Shown in pieces: positions 21,284 through 31,757 of a stretch of 64,000 bases of DNA. Position 1 is the stretch's first letter. Every line of letters begins with the position of its first letter. The translations under genes were made by a program, and so were the position numbers. The notes under the pieces were generated by a model, which saw only the letters and a list, made by a program, of their open reading frames with translations, was not told the origin of the DNA and did not search any database. The DNA comes from Armatimonadota bacterium (GTDB taxonomy: Bacteria; Armatimonadota; Fimbriimonadia; Fimbriimonadales; GBS-DC). The stretch spans positions 4,225 through 68,224 of the forward strand of contig JBBIML010000008.1 of NCBI GenBank assembly GCA_037444405.1, written 5' to 3'.

Positions 21284-21313
21284 GCACCCCACGCGAGTGA
21301 GCAGCCTTATCTG

Positions 21314-22285
21314 TCATGGCAGTTGAATCTCCCTTGCCCAGCCGCGATTCTGGAGGTACCATTCGACGCAGCGGCGCAGTCCCTCTTCGAGGGGCACCTG
21401 CGGTTCCCAGCCGAGCAGGGTGCGCGCGCGGGTGATGTCCGCCCAGGTGGCTTTCACATCGGCGGGGTGCATCGGTGCCTGAACCCAGCGGGCGGGCTTG
21501 CCCAGCAGGCGCTCCAGCGTTTCAATCACCCAGCGCAGCGACACGGGACGGTCGCCCCCCAGATTGATGATGGCGTAGCCGAGCGGTTTGAGCGCGGCAA
21601 TCGTGCCCCGCGCGATGTCGTCCACATAGGTGAAGTCGCGCTCCTGCAAGCCGTCCCCAAGCAGTTGAATCGGCTCGCCCTCCGCAATCCAGCGTACGAA
21701 TCGGAAGATGCTCATATCGGGTCGCCCCGCGGGACCGTACACGGTGAAGTAGCGCAGCACCGTGATGTCCAGTCCATAGAGGTGGTGGTAGGTGTGGCAG
21801 AGAGCTTCCGCGCCCTTTTTGGAGGCGGCGTAAGGGGAGAGCGGCTGGTCGGTCGGCTGATCCTCGCGGAAGGGGCGTTCGTTATTGCCGTACAGGCTGG
21901 AGGTGGATGCCAGAATATATTTGGGCACATCGTGGAGCCGGCACAGTTCCAGCAGGTTCAGTGCGCCCGTGATGTTGGTGGCGACATAGACCCATGGGTT
22001 CTCTACGCTCTGGCGCACGCCTGCGCGCGCCGCCAGATTGATCACCGCGTCGTAGGGGCGATAGGCTTCGAACAGCGCCCGCGTCGCCTCCCAGTCGCTG
22101 ATGTCCAGCTGGTGAAACTGGAAGTTCGGGAAGCGTTCCAGCCGGGTCAGTCGCCACTGTTTGAGGCGGGGGTCATAGGCGTCGTTGAGGTTGTCCACAC
22201 CGATGACCTGCGCCTCCTGTTCCAGCAACAGTTCCGCCGTTTTTGCGCCGATAAAGCCCGCGCACCCTGTGAGAAAGATTCGCAT
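21314..22285 (-). CDS. NAD-dependent epimerase (UDP-glucuronate 4-epimerase-like)
   Basis: TGCAGFIG, NLAARAGVR, YAASK, RYFTVYGPAGRPDM. Confidence 0.9.
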   Translation of the reverse strand: MRIFLTGCAGFIGAKTAELLLEQEAQVIGVDNLNDAYDPRLKQWRLTRLERFPNFQFHQLDISDWEATRALFEAYRPYDAVINLAARAGVRQSVENPWVYVATNITGALNLLELCRLHDVPKYILASTSSLYGNNERPFREDQPTDQPLSPYAASKKGAEALCHTYHHLYGLDITVLRYFTVYGPAGRPDMSIFRFVRWIAEGEPIQLLGDGLQERDFTYVDDIARGTIAALKPLGYAIINLGGDRPVSLRWVIETLERLLGKPARWVQAPMHPADVKATWADITRARTLLGWEPQVPLEEGLRRCVEWYLQNRGWAREIQLP

Positions 22286-22404
22286 CGCTGGTTCCCTCAG
22301 GCAGATTATTCCACATCGTGCCTGGAACGGCTATGGAATTATAGCACACAGGTGTTGTGCGGGTGGGGTGCGACGACAGCCGTCGTCGCACCCACAGCAA
22401 CGGG

Positions 22405-23592
22405 TTATTGCATATTGTGTCGGCGGAGGAAGGTGGGGATGTCGTACTCGTCGGGGTCCAGCTTGCGGTCGCGGCTGGTGGTGCCAGGCGGGTTGATGGT
22501 GGAGGGCTGAGGTGGACGCGGCGTCGATGGGCGTGTATTGGGCGGCAGCAGCACGGTAGACAGCAGCTCCTCCTTCGGCTCGAGCTGAACGACTGCCTGA
22601 CCGCGCGGCGTGGTTGGGAAGCCCGCTACCAGCAGAGTCACATAGACCACATCCTCGATATTGGGGTCCTTGACCCAGCCCACGATGATGTTGGCTTCGT
22701 CGGGGTCCACCCGCTGGTAGAGGTGGTTCAGTGCCTCTTCGAACTCGTGGAGACCCATATCCTGCGGGGTGGTGACATTGACCAGCACGCGCGTGGCGCC
22801 GTCGATGGAGGTTTCCAGCAGTTTGCTGGTCATGGCGCTCTGAATGGCTTGCAATCCGCGTTGTTCGCCTGTGCCTTTGCCCAGTCCCATCATTGCGGTG
22901 CCGGCGTCGCGGAGGACGGTCTGCACATCGGCGAAGTCGACATTAATCTCACCGGGTTTCTGAATGATGTCGGAGATGCCCTGCACACCATAGCGCAGCA
23001 CATCGTCAGCGAGTCGGAAGGCTTCGGTCATGGTGGTGGTTCGGTCGGCGATATCGACGAGGCGGCTGTTGTGGATGACGATCATGGCGTCGACGAACTC
23101 CTGGAGTTGCTGGGCGCCGGTGTCGGCGACTCTGGCGCGGCGCGGTCCTTCGAATCGGAAGGGTTTGGTAACGACGGCGATGGTGAGGGCGCCCATGTCG
23201 CGGGCGATTTCGGCGACGATGGGGGCGGCGCCGGTGCCCGTGCCGCCGCCCAGCCCGGCGGTGACGAACACCAGGTCAGCCCCTTCGAGGATGTGGGCGA
23301 TTTCGTTGCGGCTCTCTTCGGCGGCTTTGCGTCCCACATCGGGGTTGCCTCCTGCGCCCAGCCCGCGCGTCACACTGGGACCCAGCTGCAGTTTCTGGGG
23401 CGCCCTGGAGAGGTTGAGGACCTGCGCGTCGGTGTTCATCGCGATAAACTCCACGCCCTGAATGCCGACTTCAATCATACGGTTGACGGCGTTGCTGCCG
23501 CCGCCTCCGACGCCCACAACCTTGATACGCGCCTCACGGATCTCGGTCGGCTCCGTATTCGGTCTGCTCGTTTGGGTGCTATCCTTTGCCAT
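22405..23592 (-). CDS. ftsZ: Cell division protein FtsZ
   Basis: [28 protein letters not shown]-terminal DIPTFLRR. Confidence 0.98.
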   Translation of the reverse strand: MAKDSTQTSRPNTEPTEIREARIKVVGVGGGGSNAVNRMIEVGIQGVEFIAMNTDAQVLNLSRAPQKLQLGPSVTRGLGAGGNPDVGRKAAEESRNEIAHILEGADLVFVTAGLGGGTGTGAAPIVAEIARDMGALTIAVVTKPFRFEGPRRARVADTGAQQLQEFVDAMIVIHNSRLVDIADRTTTMTEAFRLADDVLRYGVQGISDIIQKPGEINVDFADVQTVLRDAGTAMMGLGKGTGEQRGLQAIQSAMTSKLLETSIDGATRVLVNVTTPQDMGLHEFEEALNHLYQRVDPDEANIIVGWVKDPNIEDVVYVTLLVAGFPTTPRGQAVVQLEPKEELLSTVLLPPNTRPSTPRPPQPSTINPPGTTSRDRKLDPDEYDIPTFLRRHNMQ

Positions 23593-23642
23593 GGCTTTGC
23601 TCCTTGTTCCTGACTTTGTTGGGTGGGCTGATAGTGCCCGCT

Positions 23643-24878
23643 TTAGCGTTTGAACAGGCGTTTGAACAACTGGATAAACCGTTGCCAGAGGTGAAGCGTC
23701 CAGCCTTCGTCGGGATGGTGTTGCAGTTCGTGCAGAGCATAGAGCAGCAGTCCGATGGCGGTGGCAAACGGTGGCTGCTGCAGGCTCTGGTTCAGGCTGG
23801 CATGCGCGTCGCCTTTGAGCGTTGGTGTGCCGATGCGCACGGGCAGTGCGCCGAAAATCTGCCGCCCCAGTTCGGCAGTGCAGGGCAGGCAGGCGCCGCC
23901 GCCGGTCAACACCACGCCTGCCATCAGTCGGTCGGCAAGCCCGGACTGCTGGATTTCCTGGTATGCCAGCTCCAGAATCTCGCGCATGCGCTCCTCAATC
24001 ACTTCGGTCAGGATTCGGCGGGGCACGCGCCGCTGCTGCATCGTGCCCATCTCCCGATAGGTCACCAGCTCATCGGCGGGCACGCGCTCCGCCAGCGCGC
24101 ACCCGTACTCCCGTTTGACCCGTTCCGCTTCCTCGGGGGAGGCGATGCGGAACATTAAGTATACATCACGCGACACATGGTTGCCGCCCAATGGCACCAC
24201 GCCGGTGTAGGCGAGGCAGCCCTCGATAAAGATGGCGACATCGGTGGTGCCGCCGCCGATATCGAGCAGGGCGACGCCCACCTCGCGCTCTTCGGGACTC
24301 AGCACCGCCAGCCCCGAAGCGTAGGGTTCCACCACCAGCGCAAGCGGTTGAAGCCCCGCCCGCTCCACACACTTGCGCAGATTCTGCAAGAAGGTCACTC
24401 CTCCTGTCACCAGTAGCGCTTCCGCTTCCACATGCGTTGCGCTCATGCCGATGGGGTTCACAATCCCGCGCTGACCATTCACGCTGTAGTGGCGGATCAG
24501 GGTGTGCAGCAGCTCGCGGTCGGGCGGCAGCGCCACCTGTTGCACCTGAAAGCGGAGGCGTTCGATATCCTCTTCGGTGATTTCGCGGTCGGGTCGGGCA
24601 ATCACGATCTCGGAACGGCGCTGGATGGTCTCGATGTGCGCCCCTGTAACGCCGACATAGGCAGCGGTGACGGGCGTATCCGCCATCGACTGGGCGTCCT
24701 GCACGGCGTGTTCGATGGCAGCAACGGTCTGGTCAAGGTCAACGATCATGCCCTGACGCAGCCCGCGCGAGGGACAGACGCCATAGCCGATAATCTGCAG
24801 CGATCGCTCCGGTGTCGGCTGAGCGATCAGGCAGCAGACCTTCGTCGTGCCCACATCAAGCGCCACCATCGGGTTCAT
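23643..24878 (-). CDS. ftsA: Cell division protein FtsA
   Basis: [27 protein letters not shown]. Confidence 0.97.
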   Translation of the reverse strand: MNPMVALDVGTTKVCCLIAQPTPERSLQIIGYGVCPSRGLRQGMIVDLDQTVAAIEHAVQDAQSMADTPVTAAYVGVTGAHIETIQRRSEIVIARPDREITEEDIERLRFQVQQVALPPDRELLHTLIRHYSVNGQRGIVNPIGMSATHVEAEALLVTGGVTFLQNLRKCVERAGLQPLALVVEPYASGLAVLSPEEREVGVALLDIGGGTTDVAIFIEGCLAYTGVVPLGGNHVSRDVYLMFRIASPEEAERVKREYGCALAERVPADELVTYREMGTMQQRRVPRRILTEVIEERMREILELAYQEIQQSGLADRLMAGVVLTGGGACLPCTAELGRQIFGALPVRIGTPTLKGDAHASLNQSLQQPPFATAIGLLLYALHELQHHPDEGWTLHLWQRFIQLFKRLFKR

Positions 24879-25234
24879 CCGCGCGATTTCCTCAACGATA
24901 ACTGGTTCAGGTAGTAGCGTCGGATAATCGACAGGTTCAGGAACATCCGTCCGCCGAGCGTGACAACCGCGGCGAGGAAGAGGTCAACGCCCATGCGGTC
25001 GCCAAGATAAGCCAGGAGCGAGGCGAGCAAGGCGTTCACGATGAAGCCCGACACGAACACATCGGGGTGGAACCGCCCCTCCAGCGCCGCGCGCCAGCCG
25101 CCAAAAATGGTATCCAGCCCCGCCAGCGCCGCCAGCGACAGGTACGACGCCCACTCCGCCGGAATCGGGATGTCCAGCAGCAGGTACGCCACCAGCAGTC
25201 CGAGCAACAGTCCGAGCATGCCAATCGCAATCAC
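24875..25234 (-). CDS. Small basic protein family (DUF1290)
   Basis: YLSLAALAGLDTIFGG, FIVNALLA, GDRMGVDLFLAAVV; usual position after DUF881 in dcw clusters. Confidence 0.85.
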   Translation of the reverse strand: MIAIGMLGLLLGLLVAYLLLDIPIPAEWASYLSLAALAGLDTIFGGWRAALEGRFHPDVFVSGFIVNALLASLLAYLGDRMGVDLFLAAVVTLGGRMFLNLSIIRRYYLNQLSLRKSRG

Positions 25235-25989
25235 GGTGCAACCTCCTCTGAAGGCACGGGTCGTGCGAAGCGGAAGCGCGTGGAGCCAGTGTAGGCGGGG
25301 ATGCGCACCCGCTCCAGCGCGCGCATCTCCACCATTTTGGGGTCCGCCTCTATAATATCGCTCAGCACGCCGCCGGGCGTCTTGAGCGCGCCCAAAAGCG
25401 TGTTCGGGTCGCCGATCGCATGGATCACAAACGGCGACGCCATCTTGATGTCGTTCACATAGATCACGGGCCCGACGCAGCGGATGGCGCTGTTGGCGAC
25501 CAGTCGTTGCCCGTTGATGGCAACCGCTTCTGCGCCCGCCTGGCGCAGCTCGTTCACCACACGCAACAGGTCATAATCGTGAATGATGTAGAGGTCGATC
25601 AGTAGCGATTCGGTGGAGCCGGGCGCGGGGCGGCGCGTGCTATCGCGCAGCACCAGCTCGATGCCCGGACCTTCCACCTCCACCAGCCCTGCCAGCAGCT
25701 TGGCGGTCTGCAGGCTATCGTTCAGCACCTGAGCCTGTCTGGTGCCGGTGGCGAGCGCGTTTTCGAGTTCGGTGGTTTTCTGACGCAGCTGGCGGATTTC
25801 GGTCTCCATCGCCTGGACGGCGCGCTTCTCCTGCACATAGGCGCGTGCCAGTTCGGGCAGGCGGGTGCTGGGCAGTTCCGCCGTGTGCAGACGGAACTGG
25901 GCTTTGAGCGCGACACCCAGCAGCGCACCCACCACAATCCAGATGATGAAGATAATCAGCATCTGCAGTCGCTTATTGTCGCCTGTCAT
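25231..25989 (-). CDS. DUF881 family protein
   Basis: AGLVEVEGPGI, IHDYDLLRVVNELRQAGAEAVAINGQRL, PFVIHAIGDP. Confidence 0.92.
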   Translation of the reverse strand: MTGDNKRLQMLIIFIIWIVVGALLGVALKAQFRLHTAELPSTRLPELARAYVQEKRAVQAMETEIRQLRQKTTELENALATGTRQAQVLNDSLQTAKLLAGLVEVEGPGIELVLRDSTRRPAPGSTESLLIDLYIIHDYDLLRVVNELRQAGAEAVAINGQRLVANSAIRCVGPVIYVNDIKMASPFVIHAIGDPNTLLGALKTPGGVLSDIIEADPKMVEMRALERVRIPAYTGSTRFRFARPVPSEEVAP

Positions 25990-26908
25990 GCGTTCTCACT
26001 CCCTGTTGAACCCCCTGCGATTGCTCTGCAGAAGTGTACCCCCTGTCGGGACGGCCCGCCCGCGGTTTGACCGCCGGGTGGTGCGGGCTTTTGAGATCGA
26101 CATACTCCCATTGAGCCGCCTGCAGCGGTGCGCTTTGCAACAGCATCTGCACGATCGGGAGCTGTTGCCGCCAGAGCGCCGCATCGCCCAGCTGGAACCG
26201 TATCGCCACGCCGCCCTCCATCTGACAGCTCAGGTACAGCTCGCCGTCAGGCGCAATCTGAATCTGGTGTCGCGCCTGCGTTGTTCGAGCCAGCTCTTTC
26301 AATAGCGCAAAGGCACGCCAGAGCGGGGTCGCAGGTCTCAGGTCGCCCCCGGCAGGCAGGGGCATACTGGCAGGTAGGGAGATGATTCCGCCCGCTGCCC
26401 GCTCTGGCGGATTCGGCGCACGAAAGGCGATTCCTGCCGAATCGACGAAAATCCGATCGCCACTGACCGCGCGAATCTCGATAAGCGGCACGCGCGGGCG
26501 CACCTGAATCTGCAGCTGTGAGGGGATCGTGGGGCGAACCTGCACGGCTTCGACCCAGCCGTGTTGCAGAAGCGCGGTCTCGACGGGGCGCACACCGAGC
26601 CGAACGCCGAACGGTTCCTGCCAGAGCTGGCGCAACTGCTGTTCGATTTCGATCTGCGCAGCAGGCGGCACGCCCTGAATCACAATCTGGCGCGGCTGCA
26701 TACGGGGCGACGCCCACAAACTCGCTATCAGGGCGAACCCGACCGTCAGCCAGAGCAGATATTCCAGGTGACGGGCGGCGATGAGCTGGCGACGACGGCG
26801 GGGCAGGGCAGAGGCGCGCGACGCCAGCCGCCGACGCCGCATCTGAACAGCCGCCTGTGCGGACGGCGCCCGAATCGCCCGTCGAACCCCACGCGCCGCA
26901 CGCCTCAT
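25973..26908 (-). CDS. ftsQ: FtsQ/DivIB-like cell division protein
   Basis: Basic N-terminus, one TM, POTRA-like region, YVDLK at the end, position after ddl; start uncertain. Confidence 0.7.
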   Translation of the reverse strand: MRRAARGVRRAIRAPSAQAAVQMRRRRLASRASALPRRRRQLIAARHLEYLLWLTVGFALIASLWASPRMQPRQIVIQGVPPAAQIEIEQQLRQLWQEPFGVRLGVRPVETALLQHGWVEAVQVRPTIPSQLQIQVRPRVPLIEIRAVSGDRIFVDSAGIAFRAPNPPERAAGGIISLPASMPLPAGGDLRPATPLWRAFALLKELARTTQARHQIQIAPDGELYLSCQMEGGVAIRFQLGDAALWRQQLPIVQMLLQSAPLQAAQWEYVDLKSPHHPAVKPRAGRPDRGYTSAEQSQGVQQGVRTHDRRQ

Positions 26909-29352
26909 GAGGAACCCTCCAGCGCGTCCTCTATCAGAAAAGTGATCAGTTGCTGGAAGGGGATGCCTGCCGCCTCCGCACTGCGCGGCAAGAGCGAGGT
27001 GGGGGTTAAGCCCGGAACGGTGTTCACCTCCAGCACGAAGGGCACGCGCTCGCGCAGGATCATATCCACACGGCTCATGCTGCGGCAGCCGAGCGCGCAG
27101 TGCGCCTGCAGGGCGGTCGCCATCAGCACATCCAGCAGTTCATCGGGCAGGCGAGCGGGCACGATCTCCTCTGTCCAGCCGGGGGTGTATTTCGCCTGAA
27201 AGCCGTAGAAGCCGCCGCGGGGCACAATCTCCACAGGGGGCAGCGCGCGCGGATGGCGCGTGCCAATCACGGGCACGGAGACCTCCACACCCTCAATCAG
27301 CTCCTCGATCAGGGCGCGCTCGTCGTAGGCGAATGCCTTCCGCAGGGCACGGGGCAACTGCTCCCACTCCCACACGCGCGTCGTGCCCAGCGTGGAGCCG
27401 CCCTCGTTGGGCTTCACAATCAGCGGCGGCTTCAGCCCGGCAAGCTTCGGGCTGGCGGCAGGCGTTAGCAGTTCATTCAGCTCCGCACGCGATACCAGCA
27501 CGCCGCGTGGCGTGGTGATGCCCGCCGACTGCAATACGATTTTGGCGGCGTATTTGTTCATGGCGAGCGCGCTGGGCAGGATGCCCGAACCTGTGTAGGG
27601 GATGCCAAGCATCTCCAGCAGACCCTGAATCGCGCCGTCCTCACCGTGCCGACCGTGCAGGGCGATGAAAGCGAGATCGGGACGCTCGCTCTGCAATAAA
27701 TCGAGCAGTCCCCAGACGCCCTCCCTGCCGCGCATCAGGGCGGGGTCCACAGGGATGCCGATGTAGCGGTCGGGGTCGAGCGCCTGTAGCACGCGCGAGC
27801 CAGAGAGCAGCGACACATCGCGTTCGGGCGAGTCGCCGCCCATCAGCACGGCGATGCGCAGTCGCCGCACCTGACCCCGCGCCTCCAGCATGCGCAGCAG
27901 GGCGGGCGCCACCTTATCGATATCGCCTGCGCCCATCGTGACCACTACATCGCCCGGCGTCAGATGGGGCAGGAGGCGAGCGGGGATCTGCTCCTTGATG
28001 GGCACATAGAGCGTGGGTGGCTGATCGCCCTCCAGCAAGCCGTCGGCAATCAGCGACGCGCTCACACCCGGGATGGGCTTCTCGCGAGCGGGATAGATAT
28101 CGGTGATGACCACCATGTCGGCGCCGCGCAGGCTCTGGATCAGCCCTTCCAGCAGGTCGCGCGTGCGACTGTACAGATGCGGCTGGAAAAGCACAATCAG
28201 GCGGCGGTTGGGGAACCGCTGGCGCAACGCGGCGAGCGTGGCGTCGATCTCCGTCGGGTGGTGCGCGTAGTCGTCCACGAGCGCGATGCCCATCGCCTCG
28301 CCAATCAGCTCCTGCCGCCGCCGAACGCCCTGAAACCCTGTTAGTGCACGCTGTGCCACCGCCATCGGGATGTTCAGCAGCTGGGCGACGCCGATCGCGC
28401 CCAGCGCGTTCAGCACATTGTGGTCGCCCACAAGCGGCAGGGAGAAGTCCCCATCGGCTGTGGATGGCACCCCCTCACCCGTACCCTCGCTTCTGCTGGA
28501 GGAGAGGGGTTGATTCTTCACGCGGAAGCGGGTGATGGAGGGTGTTCGCTCGATGATTGCGGCGTGCAGATCGTTGTGAGGCGCGAAGCCGTACAGCAGG
28601 CGTGGGCGCGGCACATCGCCACGCTCACAGAGCCGCTGTACCCCCGGATGATCCCCGCAACCAATCCAGCACCCTTCGGGTTTCAGCTGCTGCAGGAAGC
28701 GGGCGAAACTCGTTAGCAGATTCTCGAAAGTGCCGTGATAATCGAGGTGGTCGGGTTCGATGCTGGTGATGAGCGCGATTTCGGGCTGGAAGTCCAGAAA
28801 CGACTCATAGGCTTCGCAGGCTTCGACGACCGCCCATTCGCCGCTGCCCAGCCGGATATTGCCTGCCCATGGGGGCATGGTGAGCGGCGTGTCGGCGCCC
28901 AGCAGCACGAGCGGGTCGTAGCCGCCCGCTTCCAGAATGGCGGCAACGAGCGCGGTGGTGGTGCTTTTGCCGTGTGTGCCGCTGATGGCAATCACGCGAT
29001 AGGGCTTCAGCAACCAGCCCATCAGTTGCGAGCGTCGCCAGATGGGCAGGTGGCGACGCTGTGCCTCTATCACTTCGGGGTTATCGGGATGGATGGCGTC
29101 GGACACAATCAGCCAGTCGGGTTCGCCCATTCGGGCGGGGTCGTGAGGCGCGTAGGCACGGATACCACGCGTGCGCAGCGACTCCAGCGCGGGCGAGTCG
29201 GCAAGGTCGGAGCCGCTGACCGTCGCGCCCTTTTCGGCGAGCCAGCGTGCCAGCGCGGACATGCTCGCGCCCCCGATGCCCACAAAATGGAATCGCATCT
29301 GGAGGCTGGGTTCGCGGTCGGTCGTCAGCGGGATGCCTGTCGGGGACTGCAT
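26905..29352 (-). CDS. murC-ddl: Fused UDP-MurNAc-L-Ala ligase and D-Ala-D-Ala ligase
   Basis: MurC: HFVGIGGASMS, SGTHGKSTTT, DDYAHHPTE, FQPHLYSRT. Ddl: VLMGGDSPERDVSL, HGRHGEDG, AKY, LEVNTVPGLT. One unbroken frame. Confidence 0.95.
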   Translation of the reverse strand: MQSPTGIPLTTDREPSLQMRFHFVGIGGASMSALARWLAEKGATVSGSDLADSPALESLRTRGIRAYAPHDPARMGEPDWLIVSDAIHPDNPEVIEAQRRHLPIWRRSQLMGWLLKPYRVIAISGTHGKSTTTALVAAILEAGGYDPLVLLGADTPLTMPPWAGNIRLGSGEWAVVEACEAYESFLDFQPEIALITSIEPDHLDYHGTFENLLTSFARFLQQLKPEGCWIGCGDHPGVQRLCERGDVPRPRLLYGFAPHNDLHAAIIERTPSITRFRVKNQPLSSSRSEGTGEGVPSTADGDFSLPLVGDHNVLNALGAIGVAQLLNIPMAVAQRALTGFQGVRRRQELIGEAMGIALVDDYAHHPTEIDATLAALRQRFPNRRLIVLFQPHLYSRTRDLLEGLIQSLRGADMVVITDIYPAREKPIPGVSASLIADGLLEGDQPPTLYVPIKEQIPARLLPHLTPGDVVVTMGAGDIDKVAPALLRMLEARGQVRRLRIAVLMGGDSPERDVSLLSGSRVLQALDPDRYIGIPVDPALMRGREGVWGLLDLLQSERPDLAFIALHGRHGEDGAIQGLLEMLGIPYTGSGILPSALAMNKYAAKIVLQSAGITTPRGVLVSRAELNELLTPAASPKLAGLKPPLIVKPNEGGSTLGTTRVWEWEQLPRALRKAFAYDERALIEELIEGVEVSVPVIGTRHPRALPPVEIVPRGGFYGFQAKYTPGWTEEIVPARLPDELLDVLMATALQAHCALGCRSMSRVDMILRERVPFVLEVNTVPGLTPTSLLPRSAEAAGIPFQQLITFLIEDALEGSS
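28470..28509 (+). repeat. Hairpin repeat copy, in-frame inside murC
   Basis: ccccctcacccgtaccctcgcttctgctggaggagagggg. Confidence 0.8.
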
Positions 29353-29364
29353 GGTGGCTCCTCC

Positions 29365-30483
29365 TTATCGGGGTCTTTCTGGGCGCGACGCCCAGTCTAC
29401 GAGCGTGTCGCGAATGACCTGCAGCACGCGCTGGGTGGCGTCGGGGATTGCCCACTGGCGGGCACGCTGGCGCATCTCCTCCCGTCGTTGCGGGCATTCG
29501 TGGAGAGTGGTCAGCATCTGTGCCAGCGCGCTCGGTGAGAGGGCGGACTGTTCGATCATCAGCGCGGCTCCCCGTTGCACCATCGCCTCACAATTATACC
29601 GCTGGTGCGCGCTGGCGGCGAAGGGATAGGGGATCAGCACGGCGGGCAAACCGTTCAGCGCGAGTTCGGTGATGGTGCCCGCGCCGCCGCGCGCGACAGC
29701 CACATCCGCCGCGCGATACGCCAGCCCCATCTGCTCCGCATTCAAAAAGGGCAGGGGATGATAGTTGCCGTTGAGCGCGAGGCGGTCCGCCGTTGCGCGA
29801 ACCATCTCGTAGTGCGCCTCGCCTGTGATGTGCAGCCACTGGATGGGCGTGGCGGGCATATATTGCACGGTGTTCAGCACCGCCTCGTTCAGCGACTGCG
29901 CACCCTGACTGCCGCCAATCACCAGCACGGTGAAACGCTCCGGCGCCAGCCCGAACGATTCGCGAGCGGTTGCCACGGGCACATCGGGGCGACATACATC
30001 CGGGCGCACGGGCAAGCCTGTGCGAACGGTTTTGCCGCGCGGGAAATGGGCGGCAGCTTCCTCGAAGTTGATGCAGATACACGCTGCGAACCGTGCCAGA
30101 TGGCGGTTGGCGCGCCCAGGGTAGGCATCGGGTTCCAGCAGCACCATCGGCTTGCGGCGGCTGCGCTGGGCGAATGCAATCGGCAGCGCGGAGTAGCCCC
30201 CCGTGCAGAGCAGCAGCTCGGCGTCGAACTGGTCGAGAGCGCGTCGGGCTTCGGCACGCAGGCGTAGCAATGTGAACGGCAATCGCCACGGGACCCGCGC
30301 AGCGGGTCGCAGGTGGCTCATATCGAGCAGCAGGGCAGGGAAGGGCAGGGCGAGACGCGCCTCCAGCCCGTGCCGGGCGCCCAGATACAGCACGCTGGCG
30401 CCCTCCCGCTGGAGCGCTTCGCCCACACACAGCGCGGGGAACAGATGCCCGCCCGTGATACCGCCCGCTATCGCCACCCTCAT
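29365..30483 (-). CDS. murG: MurG GlcNAc transferase
   Basis: TGGHLFP, GGYS, GGSQGA, ARGGAGT, HQRYN. Start at ATG 30483 (ATGA overlap with ftsW). Confidence 0.95.
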   Translation of the reverse strand: MRVAIAGGITGGHLFPALCVGEALQREGASVLYLGARHGLEARLALPFPALLLDMSHLRPAARVPWRLPFTLLRLRAEARRALDQFDAELLLCTGGYSALPIAFAQRSRRKPMVLLEPDAYPGRANRHLARFAACICINFEEAAAHFPRGKTVRTGLPVRPDVCRPDVPVATARESFGLAPERFTVLVIGGSQGAQSLNEAVLNTVQYMPATPIQWLHITGEAHYEMVRATADRLALNGNYHPLPFLNAEQMGLAYRAADVAVARGGAGTITELALNGLPAVLIPYPFAASAHQRYNCEAMVQRGAALMIEQSALSPSALAQMLTTLHECPQRREEMRQRARQWAIPDATQRVLQVIRDTLVDWASRPERPR

Positions 30484-31757
30484 CGCGTCTCCCTCGCAAT
30501 CGCCTGCGCGATTCCCAGCGCCGCCATCAGACTCAGCAGGGCGGAGCCGCCTGCGCTGACGAACGGCAACGGCAACCCCACTGTCGGCAGCAGCCCTATC
30601 GCCATGCCGATATTGATCAGCGCCTGCAGTCCGATCCAGAGCGCCAGCCCACCCGCGAACAGCCGTCCAAACCGTGTGGGCGCCCGCGCCGCCAGCTTCA
30701 GGCACGCGCCCACCAGCCACACAAACAGCCCGATGCACAGCATACTGCCCGCGAAGCCCGTCTCCTCAGCGATTGTGGCGAAGATGTAGTCGTTCTCGGC
30801 AGCGGGCAGGTAGCGTTTCTCGCATCCCTCGCCAATCGCAAGTCGTCCGATGCCGCCGCTGCCCACCGCGATCTGCGCTCGCACCATCTGGTAGCCGATG
30901 TCATGCTCATACTCCCACGGGTCCAGCATCACCAGAATGCGCTTCAGCCGATAGCCCGTCTCATCGATGGCGTGTGGCTTATCGATGAACGCCGCTTTGA
31001 TGGCGGGCAGGCAGATGAGCAGTGTGAACGCCATCAGGCTCGCCAGCCCCAGCAGGGCGATTCGGGTCAGGCTCGCCCCACCCAGAAACGCCACACCCAC
31101 ACCCAGCGCGAAGATGAGCACCATTGTGCCGAAGTCGGGCTGACGCTCAATCGCGATCAGCGCAATCAGCCAGAGCGCGATCAGCCCGTAAGCGGCTTTG
31201 CTCCATGCCCGGCGCTGGCTATAAAGCGCGGCAAAATAGAGCAGGGTTGCCAGCTTAAACATCTCGGAGGGCTGGACGCTGATGCGTCCCAGCGCGGGCA
31301 GCGTGAACTCGAACCAGCGTACTGCGCCGTTGCGCTCCACACCCAGCCCCGGTATTCGCCAGAGCGCGATCAGCACCAGGGCGCTCAGCACCAGCCAGAA
31401 CCACGCGCTCGCCTGGTAGAAACGCGACGGAATATGAGCCAGTATCAGCATCATGCCCGCGCTTAGCAGCACCCAGCACGCCTGCAATATCACGGGGCGA
31501 AACGGCTCCATCGGCGAGGCGGCGCTGGTCTTCAGAAGGTCACCAATCTGTACACTGGTCTGAAACACCAGCCCGATCAGGCAGAGTGTGAGGGGCAGCC
31601 AGAACAGTGCGTGCCGTACACCCTGCAGTGCTGCTCGCTCGCGCTCACCTCGCTGCAAGGGCGTGGTCGCCGCACCTCTCCTCGCCAGCCGCCTGTGCCG
31701 AAATGTCAGCGGCTGGATGATCGCTCCCATACGCCGGCGCGATATAGCCTTTATCAT
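30480..31757 (-). CDS. ftsW: SEDS protein FtsW
   Basis: NGAVRWF, VQPSEMFK, QPDFGT, GYQMVRAQIA, LPAAENDYIFA, GLPLPFVSAGGS. Start at ATG 31757 (ATGA overlap). Confidence 0.93.
   Translation of the reverse strand: MIKAISRRRMGAIIQPLTFRHRRLARRGAATTPLQRGERERAALQGVRHALFWLPLTLCLIGLVFQTSVQIGDLLKTSAASPMEPFRPVILQACWVLLSAGMMLILAHIPSRFYQASAWFWLVLSALVLIALWRIPGLGVERNGAVRWFEFTLPALGRISVQPSEMFKLATLLYFAALYSQRRAWSKAAYGLIALWLIALIAIERQPDFGTMVLIFALGVGVAFLGGASLTRIALLGLASLMAFTLLICLPAIKAAFIDKPHAIDETGYRLKRILVMLDPWEYEHDIGYQMVRAQIAVGSGGIGRLAIGEGCEKRYLPAAENDYIFATIAEETGFAGSMLCIGLFVWLVGACLKLAARAPTRFGRLFAGGLALWIGLQALINIGMAIGLLPTVGLPLPFVSAGGSALLSLMAALGIAQAIARETR

Noticed and set aside
27190-27215. D-Ala-D-Lac ligase (vancomycin-resistance type)
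   Set aside because: The omega-loop reads FYGFQAKY and keeps the Tyr after Lys that is typical of D-Ala-D-Ala ligases.
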